The notes below the pieces were generated by a model that saw only the letters and a program-made list of their open reading frames with translations, ran no database searches and was not told where the DNA came from. DNA of 64,000 nt, taken from the sequence record NC_055780.1, one strand, 5' to 3'. Below, in pieces: positions 37,822 to 47,024 of the stretch (position 1 is its first letter; the number at the start of each line of letters is the position of its first letter). The DNA is from Escherichia phage MLF4. A program made the translations under genes and the position numbers.

Positions 37822-37967
37822 AAAGCAAAATTATAGCAGTGTTGCTTTTAATCTTGATGATTATAATAAGTATATACTATAGTGTAACGGTTCCTCTTAT
37901 GATTCCAACTATTATTTTAGGTTGGGGTTTATTACTGTTACAAGTTAAATATGAATGTATCAATTGA
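37818..37967 (+). CDS. possible small membrane protein (49 aa)
   Basis: ATGA overlap with imm stop; highly hydrophobic. Confidence 0.3.
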   Translation: MKSKIIAVLLLILMIIISIYYSVTVPLMIPTIILGWGLLLLQVKYECIN

Positions 37968-37974
37968 GGTTTAA

Positions 37975-38715
37975 ATGATTAGTGACTCTATGACAGTTGA
38001 AGAAATCCGTCTTCATTTGGGGCTTGCATTAAAAGAAAAAGATTTCGTAGTTGATAAAACTGGTGTTAAAACTATTGAAATTATTGGCGCATCATTTGTA
38101 GCAGATGAACCGTTTATTTTTGGTGCTCTTAATGATGAATACATTCAGCGTGAACTTGAATGGTATAAATCTAAGAGCTTGTTTGTTAAAGATATTCCAG
38201 GTGAAACACCAAAGATTTGGCAGCAGGTAGCATCTTCTAAAGGCGAAATTAACTCGAATTATGGTTGGGCTATCTGGTCAGAAGATAACTATGCTCAATA
38301 TGATATGTGTTTAGCTGAACTTGGTCAAAATCCTGATTCTCGACGTGGTATCATGATTTATACTCGTCCATCCATGCAATTTGACTACAATAAAGATGGT
38401 ATGTCAGATTTCATGTGTACGAATACAGTACAGTATCTGATTCGTGATAAGAAAGTCAATGCAGTAGTAAGCATGCGCTCAAATGACGTGGTCTTCGGAT
38501 TCCGTAATGATTATGCATGGCAAAAATACGTATTAGATAAATTAGTATCTGATTTGAATGCAGGCGATTCAACTCGTCAGTATAAAGCAGGTTCTATTAT
38601 ATGGAATGTTGGAAGTCTTCATGTATATTCTCGTCATTTTTACTTGGTTGATCATTGGTGGAATACTGGCGAAACTCATATTGTGAAAAAAGATTATAAC
38701 GGTGAGTGGAAATGA
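37975..38715 (+). CDS. 42: dCMP hydroxymethylase gp42 (246 aa)
   Basis: Size and position. Confidence 0.85.
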   Translation: MISDSMTVEEIRLHLGLALKEKDFVVDKTGVKTIEIIGASFVADEPFIFGALNDEYIQRELEWYKSKSLFVKDIPGETPKIWQQVASSKGEINSNYGWAIWSEDNYAQYDMCLAELGQNPDSRRGIMIYTRPSMQFDYNKDGMSDFMCTNTVQYLIRDKKVNAVVSMRSNDVVFGFRNDYAWQKYVLDKLVSDLNAGDSTRQYKAGSIIWNVGSLHVYSRHFYLVDHWWNTGETHIVKKDYNGEWK

Positions 38716-39554
38716 TTCAATTCGTAATTCCAAGTTATCAGCGTGTCGGGGCAGTTTCTGCCCTTGATATGTTTCCGACTGATTATGAACCCCATATTGT
38801 AGTGCGTGAACATGAAGAAAAAGCTTATCATGACGCTTATGGGTCTAGAGCTAAAATTATAACTATTCCTGATGATGTAAACGGAATTGCCGGTACTCGT
38901 AAAGCAATTACTGATATGTATGCAGGTCAACGAATCTGGATGATTGACGATGATACTACTATTCGTATGAGTTCAATGCGAAAAAGAGATGATCGTCGTT
39001 GTGTAGATAAAGTCAATCAATTGACTCATGAACAGTTCTATGAATTGATTCAATACGTCGAAGATGCCATGGATTGCGGGTATTATCACGGTCATGCTCG
39101 CCTACCAATTTTTAAAATTACTTCATCTTGGGGTAATTATCGTGAAAACTCATATGGATTCACGAATACATGGTATGACCTCGGAAAACTTACGACAGAA
39201 CAAATTGGGTATGGAAAAATTGATTTGTGCGAAGATATGTATGCATTTCTCAATTTAATTAATCAAGGTTATCCGCATTTGGCCTTGTTCAAATATCTGG
39301 TTGTATCTGGAAAAGCACAAGCTCCTGGCGGGTGCAGTTCAATTCGTAGTAATTCTAAACATAATAGAGCGCTTGAGCAAATCAATAGAGAGTTTCCAGA
39401 GCAAGCTCGTTGGAAAACTTCTAATATTGAAAAACGAAAATCGTTGGGTGAAGAAGACGAGCCATTAAAGGTTCTTCGCATGTGTGTTTCACGTAAAGAA
39501 AAATCAGAAGCATTTCATAAGTTTAATGCTATTCATCCAATAGCAGTTGATTAA
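38712..39554 (+). CDS. glycosyltransferase-like protein (280 aa) at the beta-gt position
   Basis: ORF-track start 38706 is GTG; ATG 38712 overlaps gp42 stop; DxD-like WMIDDDTT; does not resemble my recollection of T4 beta-gt. Confidence 0.5.
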   Translation: MIQFVIPSYQRVGAVSALDMFPTDYEPHIVVREHEEKAYHDAYGSRAKIITIPDDVNGIAGTRKAITDMYAGQRIWMIDDDTTIRMSSMRKRDDRRCVDKVNQLTHEQFYELIQYVEDAMDCGYYHGHARLPIFKITSSWGNYRENSYGFTNTWYDLGKLTTEQIGYGKIDLCEDMYAFLNLINQGYPHLALFKYLVVSGKAQAPGGCSSIRSNSKHNRALEQINREFPEQARWKTSNIEKRKSLGEEDEPLKVLRMCVSRKEKSEAFHKFNAIHPIAVD

Positions 39555-39578
39555 TGCCTAAATTTATTGTGTTATAAT
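39553..39578 (+). promoter_or_regulatory. possible middle promoter upstream of uvsX
   Basis: AATGCCTAA (MotA-box variant) and TATAAT 39573-39578. Confidence 0.3.
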
Positions 39579-39631
39579 TACTCTATCTTTAACCAGTGAG
39601 GAAAATATAATGATGCCTATGGAAAAAATGA

Positions 39632-40813
39632 ATGTCTATTGCAGATTTAAAATCCCGTTTGATTAAAGCTTCCACTTCTAAAATGACTGCTGAACTGACT
39701 ACATCTAAATTCTTTAATGAAAAGGATGTAATCCGTACAAAAATTCCAATGCTTAATATTGCTATTTCTGGTGCGATTGATGGCGGTATGCAGTCTGGTT
39801 TAACTATTTTCGCAGGGCCTTCTAAACACTTTAAATCAAATATGTCTTTGACTATGGTTGCGGCATATTTGAACAAATATCCTGACGCAGTTTGTCTATT
39901 CTATGATAGCGAATTTGGTATTACTCCAGCTTATTTGCGATCCATGGGGGTTGACCCAGAACGAGTAATTCATACGCCAATCCAGTCAGTTGAACAGCTG
40001 AAAATTGATATGGTGAACCAGCTTGAAGCTATTGAGCGTGGTGAAAAGGTTATTGTATTCATCGACTCAATTGGTAATATGGCTTCTAAGAAAGAAACGG
40101 AAGATGCCTTGAATGAAAAATCTGTGGCAGATATGACTCGTGCTAAATCGCTGAAGTCATTATTCCGTATTGTTACTCCTTATTTTAGTATTAAAAATAT
40201 TCCATGTGTTGCGGTTAACCATACAATTGAAACAATTGAAATGTTTAGTAAAACCGTGATGACAGGTGGTACAGGCGTAATGTATTCGGCTGATACCGTA
40301 TTCATTATCGGTAAACGCCAGATTAAAGATGGTTCTGATCTTCAGGGGTATCAATTTGTTCTAAATGTAGAAAAATCTCGTACCGTTAAAGAAAAAAGTA
40401 AATTCTTTATTGATGTTAAATTTGACGGCGGTATCGATCCTTATTCTGGATTGTTAGATATGGCTCTAGAATTAGGATTCGTGGTAAAACCTAAAAATGG
40501 TTGGTATGCTCGTGAATTTCTTGATGAAGAAACCGGTGAGATGATTCGCGAAGAAAAATCTTGGCGTGCAAAAGATACTAACTGCACTACATTCTGGGGT
40601 CCTTTATTTAAGCATCAACCATTCCGAGATGCTATTAAACGTGCTTATCAGTTAGGTGCTATTGATAGTAATGAAATTGTTGAAGCTGAAGTTGATGAAT
40701 TGATTAACTCAAAGGTTGAAAAATTTAAATCTCCAGAAAGTAAAAGTAAATCAGCAGCTGATTTAGAAACTGACCTCGAGCAGTTAAGTGATATGGAAGA
40801 ATTTAATGAATAA
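39632..40813 (+). CDS. uvsX: RecA-like recombinase UvsX (393 aa)
   Basis: Walker A GPSKHFKS; long matches to my recollection of T4 UvsX. Confidence 0.9.
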   Translation: MSIADLKSRLIKASTSKMTAELTTSKFFNEKDVIRTKIPMLNIAISGAIDGGMQSGLTIFAGPSKHFKSNMSLTMVAAYLNKYPDAVCLFYDSEFGITPAYLRSMGVDPERVIHTPIQSVEQLKIDMVNQLEAIERGEKVIVFIDSIGNMASKKETEDALNEKSVADMTRAKSLKSLFRIVTPYFSIKNIPCVAVNHTIETIEMFSKTVMTGGTGVMYSADTVFIIGKRQIKDGSDLQGYQFVLNVEKSRTVKEKSKFFIDVKFDGGIDPYSGLLDMALELGFVVKPKNGWYAREFLDEETGEMIREEKSWRAKDTNCTTFWGPLFKHQPFRDAIKRAYQLGAIDSNEIVEAEVDELINSKVEKFKSPESKSKSAADLETDLEQLSDMEEFNE

Positions 40814-41150
40814 AGATGATTTAGACTTAGATCTAGAAATTATTGATGAATCCCCCTCTTCGGAGGGGGAAGAAGAAAGAAAAGAACGTCTTTTTAACGA
40901 GTCTCTTAAGATAATTAAATCTGCCATGGAAAATGTTATCCAGGAGATTGTCATTAAACTAGAAGATGGTTCTACACACATTGTGTATGTGACAAAATTA
41001 GATTGGGTTGATGGAAAGGTTGTAATGGACTTTGCTGTTCTTGACCAAGAAAGAAAAGCTGAGTTAGCTCCTCATGTAGAAAAATGTATTACAATGCAAC
41101 TGCAAGATGCATTTAATAAAAGGTCAAAGAAAAAATTTAAATTCTTTTAA
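40806..41150 (+). CDS. 40: gp40 head-vertex assembly chaperone candidate (114 aa)
   Basis: ORF-track start 40788 is GTG; ATG 40806 overlaps uvsX stop; size and position. Confidence 0.6.
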   Translation: MNKDDLDLDLEIIDESPSSEGEEERKERLFNESLKIIKSAMENVIQEIVIKLEDGSTHIVYVTKLDWVDGKVVMDFAVLDQERKAELAPHVEKCITMQLQDAFNKRSKKKFKFF

Positions 41151-41159
41151 GGAGTAAGT

Positions 41160-42587
41160 GTGGTAGAAATTATTCTTTCTCATCTCATATTTGATCAAGC
41201 TTATTTTTCAAAAGTTTGGCCATATATGGATTCAGAATATTTTGAAAGTGGTCCAGCTAAAAATACATTCAAATTAATTAAATCCCATGTTAATGAGTAT
41301 CATAGCGTTCCATCTATTAATGCGTTAAATGTTGCATTAGAAAATAGTTCATTTACTGAAACGGAATATTCTGGTGTAAAAACACTTATTTCAAAACTAG
41401 CCGATTCTCCAGAAGACCACAGCTGGTTAGTAAAAGAAACAGAAAAATATGTTCAGCAAAGGGCGATGTTTAATGCTACATCTAAAATAATTGAAATTCA
41501 AACTAATGCTGAGCTTCCTCCGGAAAAACGAAATAAGAAAATGCCGGATGTTGGTGCTATTCCTGACATCATGCGTCAAGCATTATCAATTTCATTTGAT
41601 AGTTACGTTGGTCATGATTGGATGGATGACTACGAAGCACGTTGGTTATCTTATATGAATAAAGCTCGTAAGGTTCCATTTAAACTCAAAATTCTAAATA
41701 AAATTACTAAAGGCGGAGCTGAAACTGGAACACTGAATGTTTTAATGGCTGGTGTTAACGTTGGTAAGTCATTAGGATTGTGTTCATTGGCAGCAGATTA
41801 TTTGCAGCTCGGACATAATGTTCTTTACATTTCCATGGAAATGGCAGAAGAAGTCTGTGCTAAACGTATTGATGCTAATATGCTTGATGTTTCTCTTGAT
41901 GACATTGATGATGGGCATATTTCTTACGCTGAGTATAAAGGAAAAATGGAAAAATGGCGTGAGAAATCTACTCTCGGTCGTTTAATTGTTAAACAGTACC
42001 CTACTGGTGGGGCAGATGCTAACACATTCAGGTCTCTCTTGAATGAATTGAAGCTCAAAAAGAATTTTGTTCCAACAATCATTATTGTCGACTATCTAGG
42101 TATTTGTAAATCTTGCCGCATTAGAGTTTATTCAGAAAATAGTTACACAACTGTTAAAGCTATTGCAGAGGAATTGCGTGCTCTTGCTGTTGAAACCGAA
42201 ACTGTTCTTTGGACTGCAGCGCAGGTCGGCAAACAAGCTTGGGATTCTTCTGATGTTAACATGAGCGATATTGCAGAATCTGCCGGTCTTCCAGCAACAG
42301 CCGATTTTATGCTTGCGGTCATTGAAACCGAGGAGCTAGCAGCTGCTGAACAACAACTCATTAAGCAAATCAAATCACGATATGGCGATAAGAACAAATG
42401 GAATAAGTTTTTGATGGGTGTTCAAAAGGGAAATCAGAAATGGGTAGAAATTGAACAAGATTCTACTCCAACTGAAGTGAACGAAGTAGCAGGTTCACAA
42501 CAGATACAAGCTGAGCAGAATCGCTATCAAAGAAATGAATCCACTCGAGCTCAGTTAGATGCTTTGGCAAATGAATTAAAATTTTAG
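41160..42587 (+). CDS. 41: replicative DNA helicase gp41 (DnaB-like, 475 aa), GTG start
   Basis: GTG after AAGGAGT; Walker A GVNVGKS; N-terminus (M)VEIILSHLIFDQAYF. Confidence 0.9.
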   Translation: MVEIILSHLIFDQAYFSKVWPYMDSEYFESGPAKNTFKLIKSHVNEYHSVPSINALNVALENSSFTETEYSGVKTLISKLADSPEDHSWLVKETEKYVQQRAMFNATSKIIEIQTNAELPPEKRNKKMPDVGAIPDIMRQALSISFDSYVGHDWMDDYEARWLSYMNKARKVPFKLKILNKITKGGAETGTLNVLMAGVNVGKSLGLCSLAADYLQLGHNVLYISMEMAEEVCAKRIDANMLDVSLDDIDDGHISYAEYKGKMEKWREKSTLGRLIVKQYPTGGADANTFRSLLNELKLKKNFVPTIIIVDYLGICKSCRIRVYSENSYTTVKAIAEELRALAVETETVLWTAAQVGKQAWDSSDVNMSDIAESAGLPATADFMLAVIETEELAAAEQQLIKQIKSRYGDKNKWNKFLMGVQKGNQKWVEIEQDSTPTEVNEVAGSQQIQAEQNRYQRNESTRAQLDALANELKF

Positions 42588-42616
42588 TTTACAAGCTGAC
42601 AAGACTATGGTATAGT
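42587..42616 (+). promoter_or_regulatory. T4-type early promoter
   Basis: GTTTAC 42587-42592, 18-nt spacer, TATAGT 42611-42616. Confidence 0.6.
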
Positions 42617-42645
42617 AGTCTTGTTGGTTAAATGAGGAGATTGTT

Positions 42646-42828
42646 ATGGAATTGGTAAAAGTAGTTTTTATGGGGTGGTTTAAGAACGAAAGTATGTTTA
42701 CTAAAGAAATCACAATGATGAAAGATGACGTTCAATGGGCTACTACTCAATATGCTGAAGTTAATAAAGCATTAGTTAAAGCTTTCATTGATGACAAGAA
42801 AGTATGTGAAGTAGATTGCCGAGGATAA
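42646..42828 (+). CDS. dmd: Dmd, discriminator of mRNA degradation (60 aa)
   Basis: ATG after GAGGAG; 60 aa; matches recollection of T4 Dmd (MELVKVVFMGWFKNESMF). Confidence 0.8.
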   Translation: MELVKVVFMGWFKNESMFTKEITMMKDDVQWATTQYAEVNKALVKAFIDDKKVCEVDCRG

Positions 42829-42829
42829 T

Positions 42830-43087
42830 ATGCATATTGTTTTATTTAAACCTACTCCATATAACGTCAGGAAAAATACGCAATTCAAAGCACTTATTGC
42901 AGATACATGGGAATTGGTGCTAGATATTCCAGCAGAAGAAAGTCCTCCATTTGGTCGAGTGGAATTTATTAAGTTTGCTGTACGTCCTACGAAGAGGCAG
43001 ATTCGTCAATGCAAAAGATATTTTCGTAAGATCGTTAAGTTAGAGAAACAGTTTGTAACATGTGATTATGCAGAAGTTTTAAAATAA
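42830..43087 (+). CDS. hypothetical protein (85 aa)
   Basis: ATG after GAGGATAAT. Confidence 0.45.
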   Translation: MHIVLFKPTPYNVRKNTQFKALIADTWELVLDIPAEESPPFGRVEFIKFAVRPTKRQIRQCKRYFRKIVKLEKQFVTCDYAEVLK

Positions 43088-43089
43088 CT

Positions 43090-43119
43090 ATTTACTTTTG
43101 TTGGAAATTGAGATACTAT
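43090..43119 (+). promoter_or_regulatory. early-promoter-like element upstream of sp
   Basis: ATTTAC 43090-43095, 18-nt spacer, TACTAT 43114-43119. Confidence 0.45.
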
Positions 43120-43147
43120 ATAAACATAAACTACTGAGGAGATTATC

Positions 43148-43441
43148 ATGAAAAAATTTATTTTTGCTACAATTTTTGCTTTAGCTTCTTGTGCTGCTCA
43201 GCCTGCTATGGCAGGTTATGATAAAGATTTGTGTGAATGGTCTATGACTGCGGATCAGACTGAAGTTGAAACTCAAATTGAAGCAGATATTATGAATATC
43301 GTTGAGCGCGATCGCCCTGAAATGAAAGCTGAAGTGCAAAAACAGCTTAAGTCTGGTGGTGTAATGCAGTATAATTATGTTCTGTATTGCGATAAAAACT
43401 TTAATAACAAAAATATCATCGCTGAAGTGGTAGGTGAATAA
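43148..43441 (+). CDS. sp: Spackle periplasmic protein candidate (97 aa)
   Basis: ATG after GAGGAG; cleavable signal peptide; size and position. Confidence 0.6.
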   Translation: MKKFIFATIFALASCAAQPAMAGYDKDLCEWSMTADQTEVETQIEADIMNIVERDRPEMKAEVQKQLKSGGVMQYNYVLYCDKNFNNKNIIAEVVGE

Positions 43442-44067
43442 TGCTCTATCAAATGCACAAGTGCAAAGATACATACAAATATAAAGGTGCCCAGTGTTAT
43501 ATCATTAATCGTGAAAACGCGGGTCCAGGTCATTCGCATCAATCACGGTTTGTATTCGTTAAAAACAATGAAATTATAGCAGTTGCTAATTACATGCTTG
43601 TGACTAATGATGTTAATCCGGTGCCTTTTACATATTATAATCTAATGGATTTGGCGTACGATTATAATTGGTTTAATCATGACACTTTGGCTCATATCGA
43701 AGGCGTAGGATTTGACATCTCTTATTCTAGTTACTCGTTGTGTCCTATGAGCCGAGCTCATAAAGAGCCTGAATATTTTTCATTTCGTCGGCGTGTAGAC
43801 TTTAAACGCAGCACAGAGTATGTCGGTGGAATATTTGTTAAAGATAATCGAATTACTCGCATTATTTATCCTTTGGGCTGTGGTCAAAAAGATATTGATG
43901 TTGATTTAGACTTTACTGAAAACATCATTAATCATATTGCTTCTGTATATTTTGATATTGATCACAAAATTGTAATATGTGGATATGAATTACCATCAGA
44001 AAAACAGTCTAAAGTAAATGTTTCTATTGATGACCAAATTTTTAATGCTTTTATGAATAGAGGTTAA
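43441..44067 (+). CDS. hypothetical protein (208 aa)
   Basis: ATG overlapping sp stop. Confidence 0.5.
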   Translation: MLYQMHKCKDTYKYKGAQCYIINRENAGPGHSHQSRFVFVKNNEIIAVANYMLVTNDVNPVPFTYYNLMDLAYDYNWFNHDTLAHIEGVGFDISYSSYSLCPMSRAHKEPEYFSFRRRVDFKRSTEYVGGIFVKDNRITRIIYPLGCGQKDIDVDLDFTENIINHIASVYFDIDHKIVICGYELPSEKQSKVNVSIDDQIFNAFMNRG

Positions 44068-44068
44068 T

Positions 44069-44233
44069 ATGAAAACATATAAAGAATTTATTAAAGAAGA
44101 TATGGTCGCTGGAGATTCAGGTGGTAATCCTGAAAATATCTCTACTGGAACAACGTCAGGTGCTGTAGTAAATAAAGGTCCTGAACAGATTCCTAAAAAG
44201 AAGAAAGAGGAATCTAAAGAAAAAGAAGAGTAA
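44069..44233 (+). CDS. small protein with capsid-targeting-sequence-like N-terminus (54 aa)
   Basis: ATG after AGAGG; N-terminus MKTYKEFIKE resembles internal-protein CTS; below ORF-track cutoff. Confidence 0.45.
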   Translation: MKTYKEFIKEDMVAGDSGGNPENISTGTTSGAVVNKGPEQIPKKKKEESKEKEE

Positions 44234-44235
44234 AA

Positions 44236-45264
44236 ATGTCATCAATACCTTGGATTGATAATGAGTTTGCATACCGTGCATTAGCTCATTTACCTAAATT
44301 CACACAAGTAAATAATAGTTCAACTTTTAAATTGCGGTTTAGATGCCCTGTTTGTGGAGATTCAAAAACCGACCAGAATAAAGCTCGTGGATGGTATTAT
44401 GGTGATAATAATGAAGGAAATATTCATTGTTATAACTGTAACTATCATGCACCAATTGGAATATATTTAAAGGAGTTTGAACCTGATTTATATCGTGAGT
44501 ATATCTTTGAAATAAGAAAAGAAAAAGGTAAAAGTCGTCCAGTAGAAAAACCTAAAGAACTTCCTAAACAACCTGAGAAGAAAATAATTAAATCTCTTCC
44601 GTCATGTGTTCGATTAGATAAACTGGCGGAAGACCATGCAATTATAAAATATGTAAAAGCTCGTTGTATTCCAAAGGATAAATGGAAATATCTTTGGTTT
44701 ACAACCGAATGGCCTAAATTAGTTAATAGCATAGCACCGGGAACATACAAAAAGGAAATTTCTGAGCCTCGTCTTGTTATTCCAATTTATAATGCTAATG
44801 GAAAAGCTGAGTCTTTTCAAGGACGTGCATTAAAGAAAGATGCTCCTCAAAAATATATCACCATCAAAGCTTATCCTGAGGCAACAAAAATCTATGGAGT
44901 CGAACGAGTTAAAGATGGTGATGTATATGTTCTAGAAGGACCTATAGATTCACTTTTTATTGAAAATGGTATAGCTATTACGGGTGGTCAATTAGACCTA
45001 GAAGTTGTTCCATTTAAAGATAGACGAGTGTGGGTTTTAGATAATGAACCTCGTCACCCTGACACTATCAAGCGAATGACTAAATTAGTTGATGCAGGAG
45101 AAAGGGTTATGTTTTGGGATAAATCTCCCTGGAAATCAAAAGATGTTAATGATATGATTAGAAAGGAAGGTGCAACCCCTGAACAAATTATGGAATATAT
45201 GAAAAATAATATTGCCCAGGGGTTGATGGCTAAAATGCGGTTATCTAAATATGCTAAGATTTAA
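44236..45264 (+). CDS. 61: DNA primase gp61 (342 aa)
   Basis: Zn ribbon CPVCGDS..CYNCNYH and TOPRIM-like EGPIDSLF; size. Confidence 0.85.
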   Translation: MSSIPWIDNEFAYRALAHLPKFTQVNNSSTFKLRFRCPVCGDSKTDQNKARGWYYGDNNEGNIHCYNCNYHAPIGIYLKEFEPDLYREYIFEIRKEKGKSRPVEKPKELPKQPEKKIIKSLPSCVRLDKLAEDHAIIKYVKARCIPKDKWKYLWFTTEWPKLVNSIAPGTYKKEISEPRLVIPIYNANGKAESFQGRALKKDAPQKYITIKAYPEATKIYGVERVKDGDVYVLEGPIDSLFIENGIAITGGQLDLEVVPFKDRRVWVLDNEPRHPDTIKRMTKLVDAGERVMFWDKSPWKSKDVNDMIRKEGATPEQIMEYMKNNIAQGLMAKMRLSKYAKI

Positions 45265-45461
45265 ATTAACCCAACTAAAGCAAATGCTAAATCTACGAAT
45301 GTATCAAGAGTAACTACTGGAATATTAATACCATGTGCAATTGCAATAGGTGATAGAATAAAGTTCCAGAGTAAAATTCCTACCATAGCAGAAATAGTAA
45401 AAGCTATACGTTTTTTATTACCTTTTATGGCATTAACAAGTGCCATTAATTTTTGTACCAT
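45261..45461 (-). CDS. small membrane protein (66 aa) on the opposite strand
   Basis: Only convincing minus-strand ORF; strong SD AAGGAGG 4 nt before ATG; two hydrophobic segments. Confidence 0.45.
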   Translation of the reverse strand: MVQKLMALVNAIKGNKKRIAFTISAMVGILLWNFILSPIAIAHGINIPVVTLDTFVDLAFALVGLI

Positions 45462-45473
45462 ATGTCCTCCTTA

Positions 45474-45498
45474 TTGCTTTATATATTTATTGTATAAT
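45474..45498 (+). promoter_or_regulatory. MotA-dependent middle-promoter-like element upstream of 56
   Basis: TTGCTTTA 45474-45481, 11-nt spacing, TATAAT 45493-45498. Confidence 0.45.
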
Positions 45499-45532
45499 TA
45501 ATCTACTAACCCATGAATTGAAAGGAAAAATA

Positions 45533-46051
45533 ATGGCTTACTTTAATGAATGTGCTCATTTGATCGAAGGTGTTGATAAAGCAAATCGTGCATATGCTGA
45601 GAATATTATGCACAATATTGACCCACTGCAGGTTATGCTTGATATGCAGCGGCATTTACAGATTCGTTTGGCTAATGATAAACCAGAAACAAATCGTCAT
45701 CCTGATTCACTTGAAACTGCAGGAGAAGTTCTTGCTTGGTTGCGAAACCAAGACGATTATATCGCAGATGAAACTCGCGAACTATATACTTCTCTTGGTG
45801 GTATGAGTAATGGTGAAAAAGAAGCTTCTGCTGTATGGAAACCTTGGAAGAAACGTTATTCTGAAATGCAATCCAAGAAAATTCAAGATTTATCTCCCGA
45901 AGATCAGCTTGAAATTAAATTTGAACTGATTGACCAATTTCACTTTTTCATGAATAAATTTATTGCTCTTGGAATGTCAGCTGAAGAAATCTTTAAACTT
46001 TATTACCTGAAAAATGCTGAAAACTTCGCTCGTCAAGACCGAGGTTATTAA
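45533..46051 (+). CDS. 56: dCTP pyrophosphatase gp56 (172 aa)
   Basis: ATG after AAAGGAAAAA; MAYFNECAHLIEGVDKA matches recollection of T4 gp56; ORF-track start 45440 is upstream hydrophobic read-in. Confidence 0.85.
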   Translation: MAYFNECAHLIEGVDKANRAYAENIMHNIDPLQVMLDMQRHLQIRLANDKPETNRHPDSLETAGEVLAWLRNQDDYIADETRELYTSLGGMSNGEKEASAVWKPWKKRYSEMQSKKIQDLSPEDQLEIKFELIDQFHFFMNKFIALGMSAEEIFKLYYLKNAENFARQDRGY

Positions 46052-46254
46052 TGGCTCGTTTAAATAAGCGTCAGCTTAAGAAAGCCCATAAGAAACGTAT
46101 TGACCAGCTATTTAAAGATTATAACAAGGAGCTCGTATGTGAGCTCTTATCTAATCAGCTTCGCAAAGCTTACATAATTAAAACTGGGCATATACCATTA
46201 GGCAAGTGGGTACATGAAGAAGCCTTAAAATTAATTATAGAGCATTCAAAATGA
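46051..46254 (+). CDS. hypothetical basic protein (67 aa)
   Basis: TAATG overlap with 56 stop. Confidence 0.45.
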   Translation: MARLNKRQLKKAHKKRIDQLFKDYNKELVCELLSNQLRKAYIIKTGHIPLGKWVHEEALKLIIEHSK

Positions 46255-46460
46255 AATTTAATTTTTATGCATGGCAAAAAGCCGGGAGACCGGCTAGTCG
46301 AGCATTTGGTTCTGATGGATATAATATTAGAGCCCATTGGAAATTTAATGCTCCAGACGATTATTCTCCGGTAATTATTAACGGCGATGTTGTTATATTA
46401 ACTAAAATTGGGTATTTTAACGTTCCGCGAGAATTTATTATAAATAATCATGTAATTTAA
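46251..46460 (+). CDS. hypothetical protein (69 aa)
   Basis: ATGA overlap. Confidence 0.45.
   Translation: MKFNFYAWQKAGRPASRAFGSDGYNIRAHWKFNAPDDYSPVIINGDVVILTKIGYFNVPREFIINNHVI
46439..46446 (+). promoter_or_regulatory. T4 late promoter box TATAAATA upstream of soc
   Basis: Exact TATAAATA about 30 nt upstream of soc ATG. Confidence 0.5.
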
Positions 46461-46476
46461 ATAAAAGGAGAATTAC

Positions 46477-46722
46477 ATGGCTAGTACTCGCGGTTATGTT
46501 AATATTAAAACATTTGAGCAAAAATTAGATGGAAATAAGAAAATTGAAGGAAAGGAAATTTCCGTAGCTTTCCCTCTTTATTCTGACGTTCACAAAATTT
46601 CTGGTGCTCATTACCAGACATTCCCTTCAGAAAAAGCAGCATATTCTACAGTATATGAAGAAAATCAACGCACTGAATGGATTGCTGCAAATGAAGATTT
46701 GTGGAAAGTAACTGGTGAATAA
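46477..46722 (+). CDS. soc: small outer capsid protein Soc (81 aa)
   Basis: ATG after AAAAGGAG; matches recollection of T4 Soc (MASTRGYVNIKTFEQKLDGNKKIEGKEISVAFPLY). Confidence 0.85.
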   Translation: MASTRGYVNIKTFEQKLDGNKKIEGKEISVAFPLYSDVHKISGAHYQTFPSEKAAYSTVYEENQRTEWIAANEDLWKVTGE

Positions 46723-46726
46723 ATTC

Positions 46727-46751
46727 AAGGACTCCTTCGGGAGTCCTTTTT
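46727..46751 (+). terminator. hairpin terminator (AAGGACTCC-TTCG-GGAGTCCTT + T5)
   Basis: 9-bp stem, UUCG loop, TTTTT. Confidence 0.6.
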
Positions 46752-46761
46752 CATTTAAATG

Positions 46762-46791
46762 GTTTACTTTCCAAAATGAGTATGGTATAAT
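46762..46791 (+). promoter_or_regulatory. T4-type early promoter
   Basis: GTTTAC 46762-46767, 18-nt spacer, TATAAT 46786-46791. Confidence 0.6.
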
Positions 46792-46817
46792 AGAATTATC
46801 TTATAGAGGAGAGCACT

Positions 46818-47024
46818 ATGTTAAATCGTTGGATTAAACCAAATGAAGATTTAGATATTATCATTTCACGACATGTAATGAAGAAATATGAACTGCAGCC
46901 ATGGTCTACAGAAGTTGTTGTGCATTCATTTATGATGTACGCAGATGGTTCTGTTGAATTTAATGCAGAGATTCGATATGATTATGGTGAGAAGCAAGTC
47001 GAATTCAAAAGAGGCTTTTTGTAA
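46818..47024 (+). CDS. hypothetical protein (68 aa)
   Basis: ATG after AGAGGAGAG. Confidence 0.45.
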   Translation: MLNRWIKPNEDLDIIISRHVMKKYELQPWSTEVVVHSFMMYADGSVEFNAEIRYDYGEKQVEFKRGFL

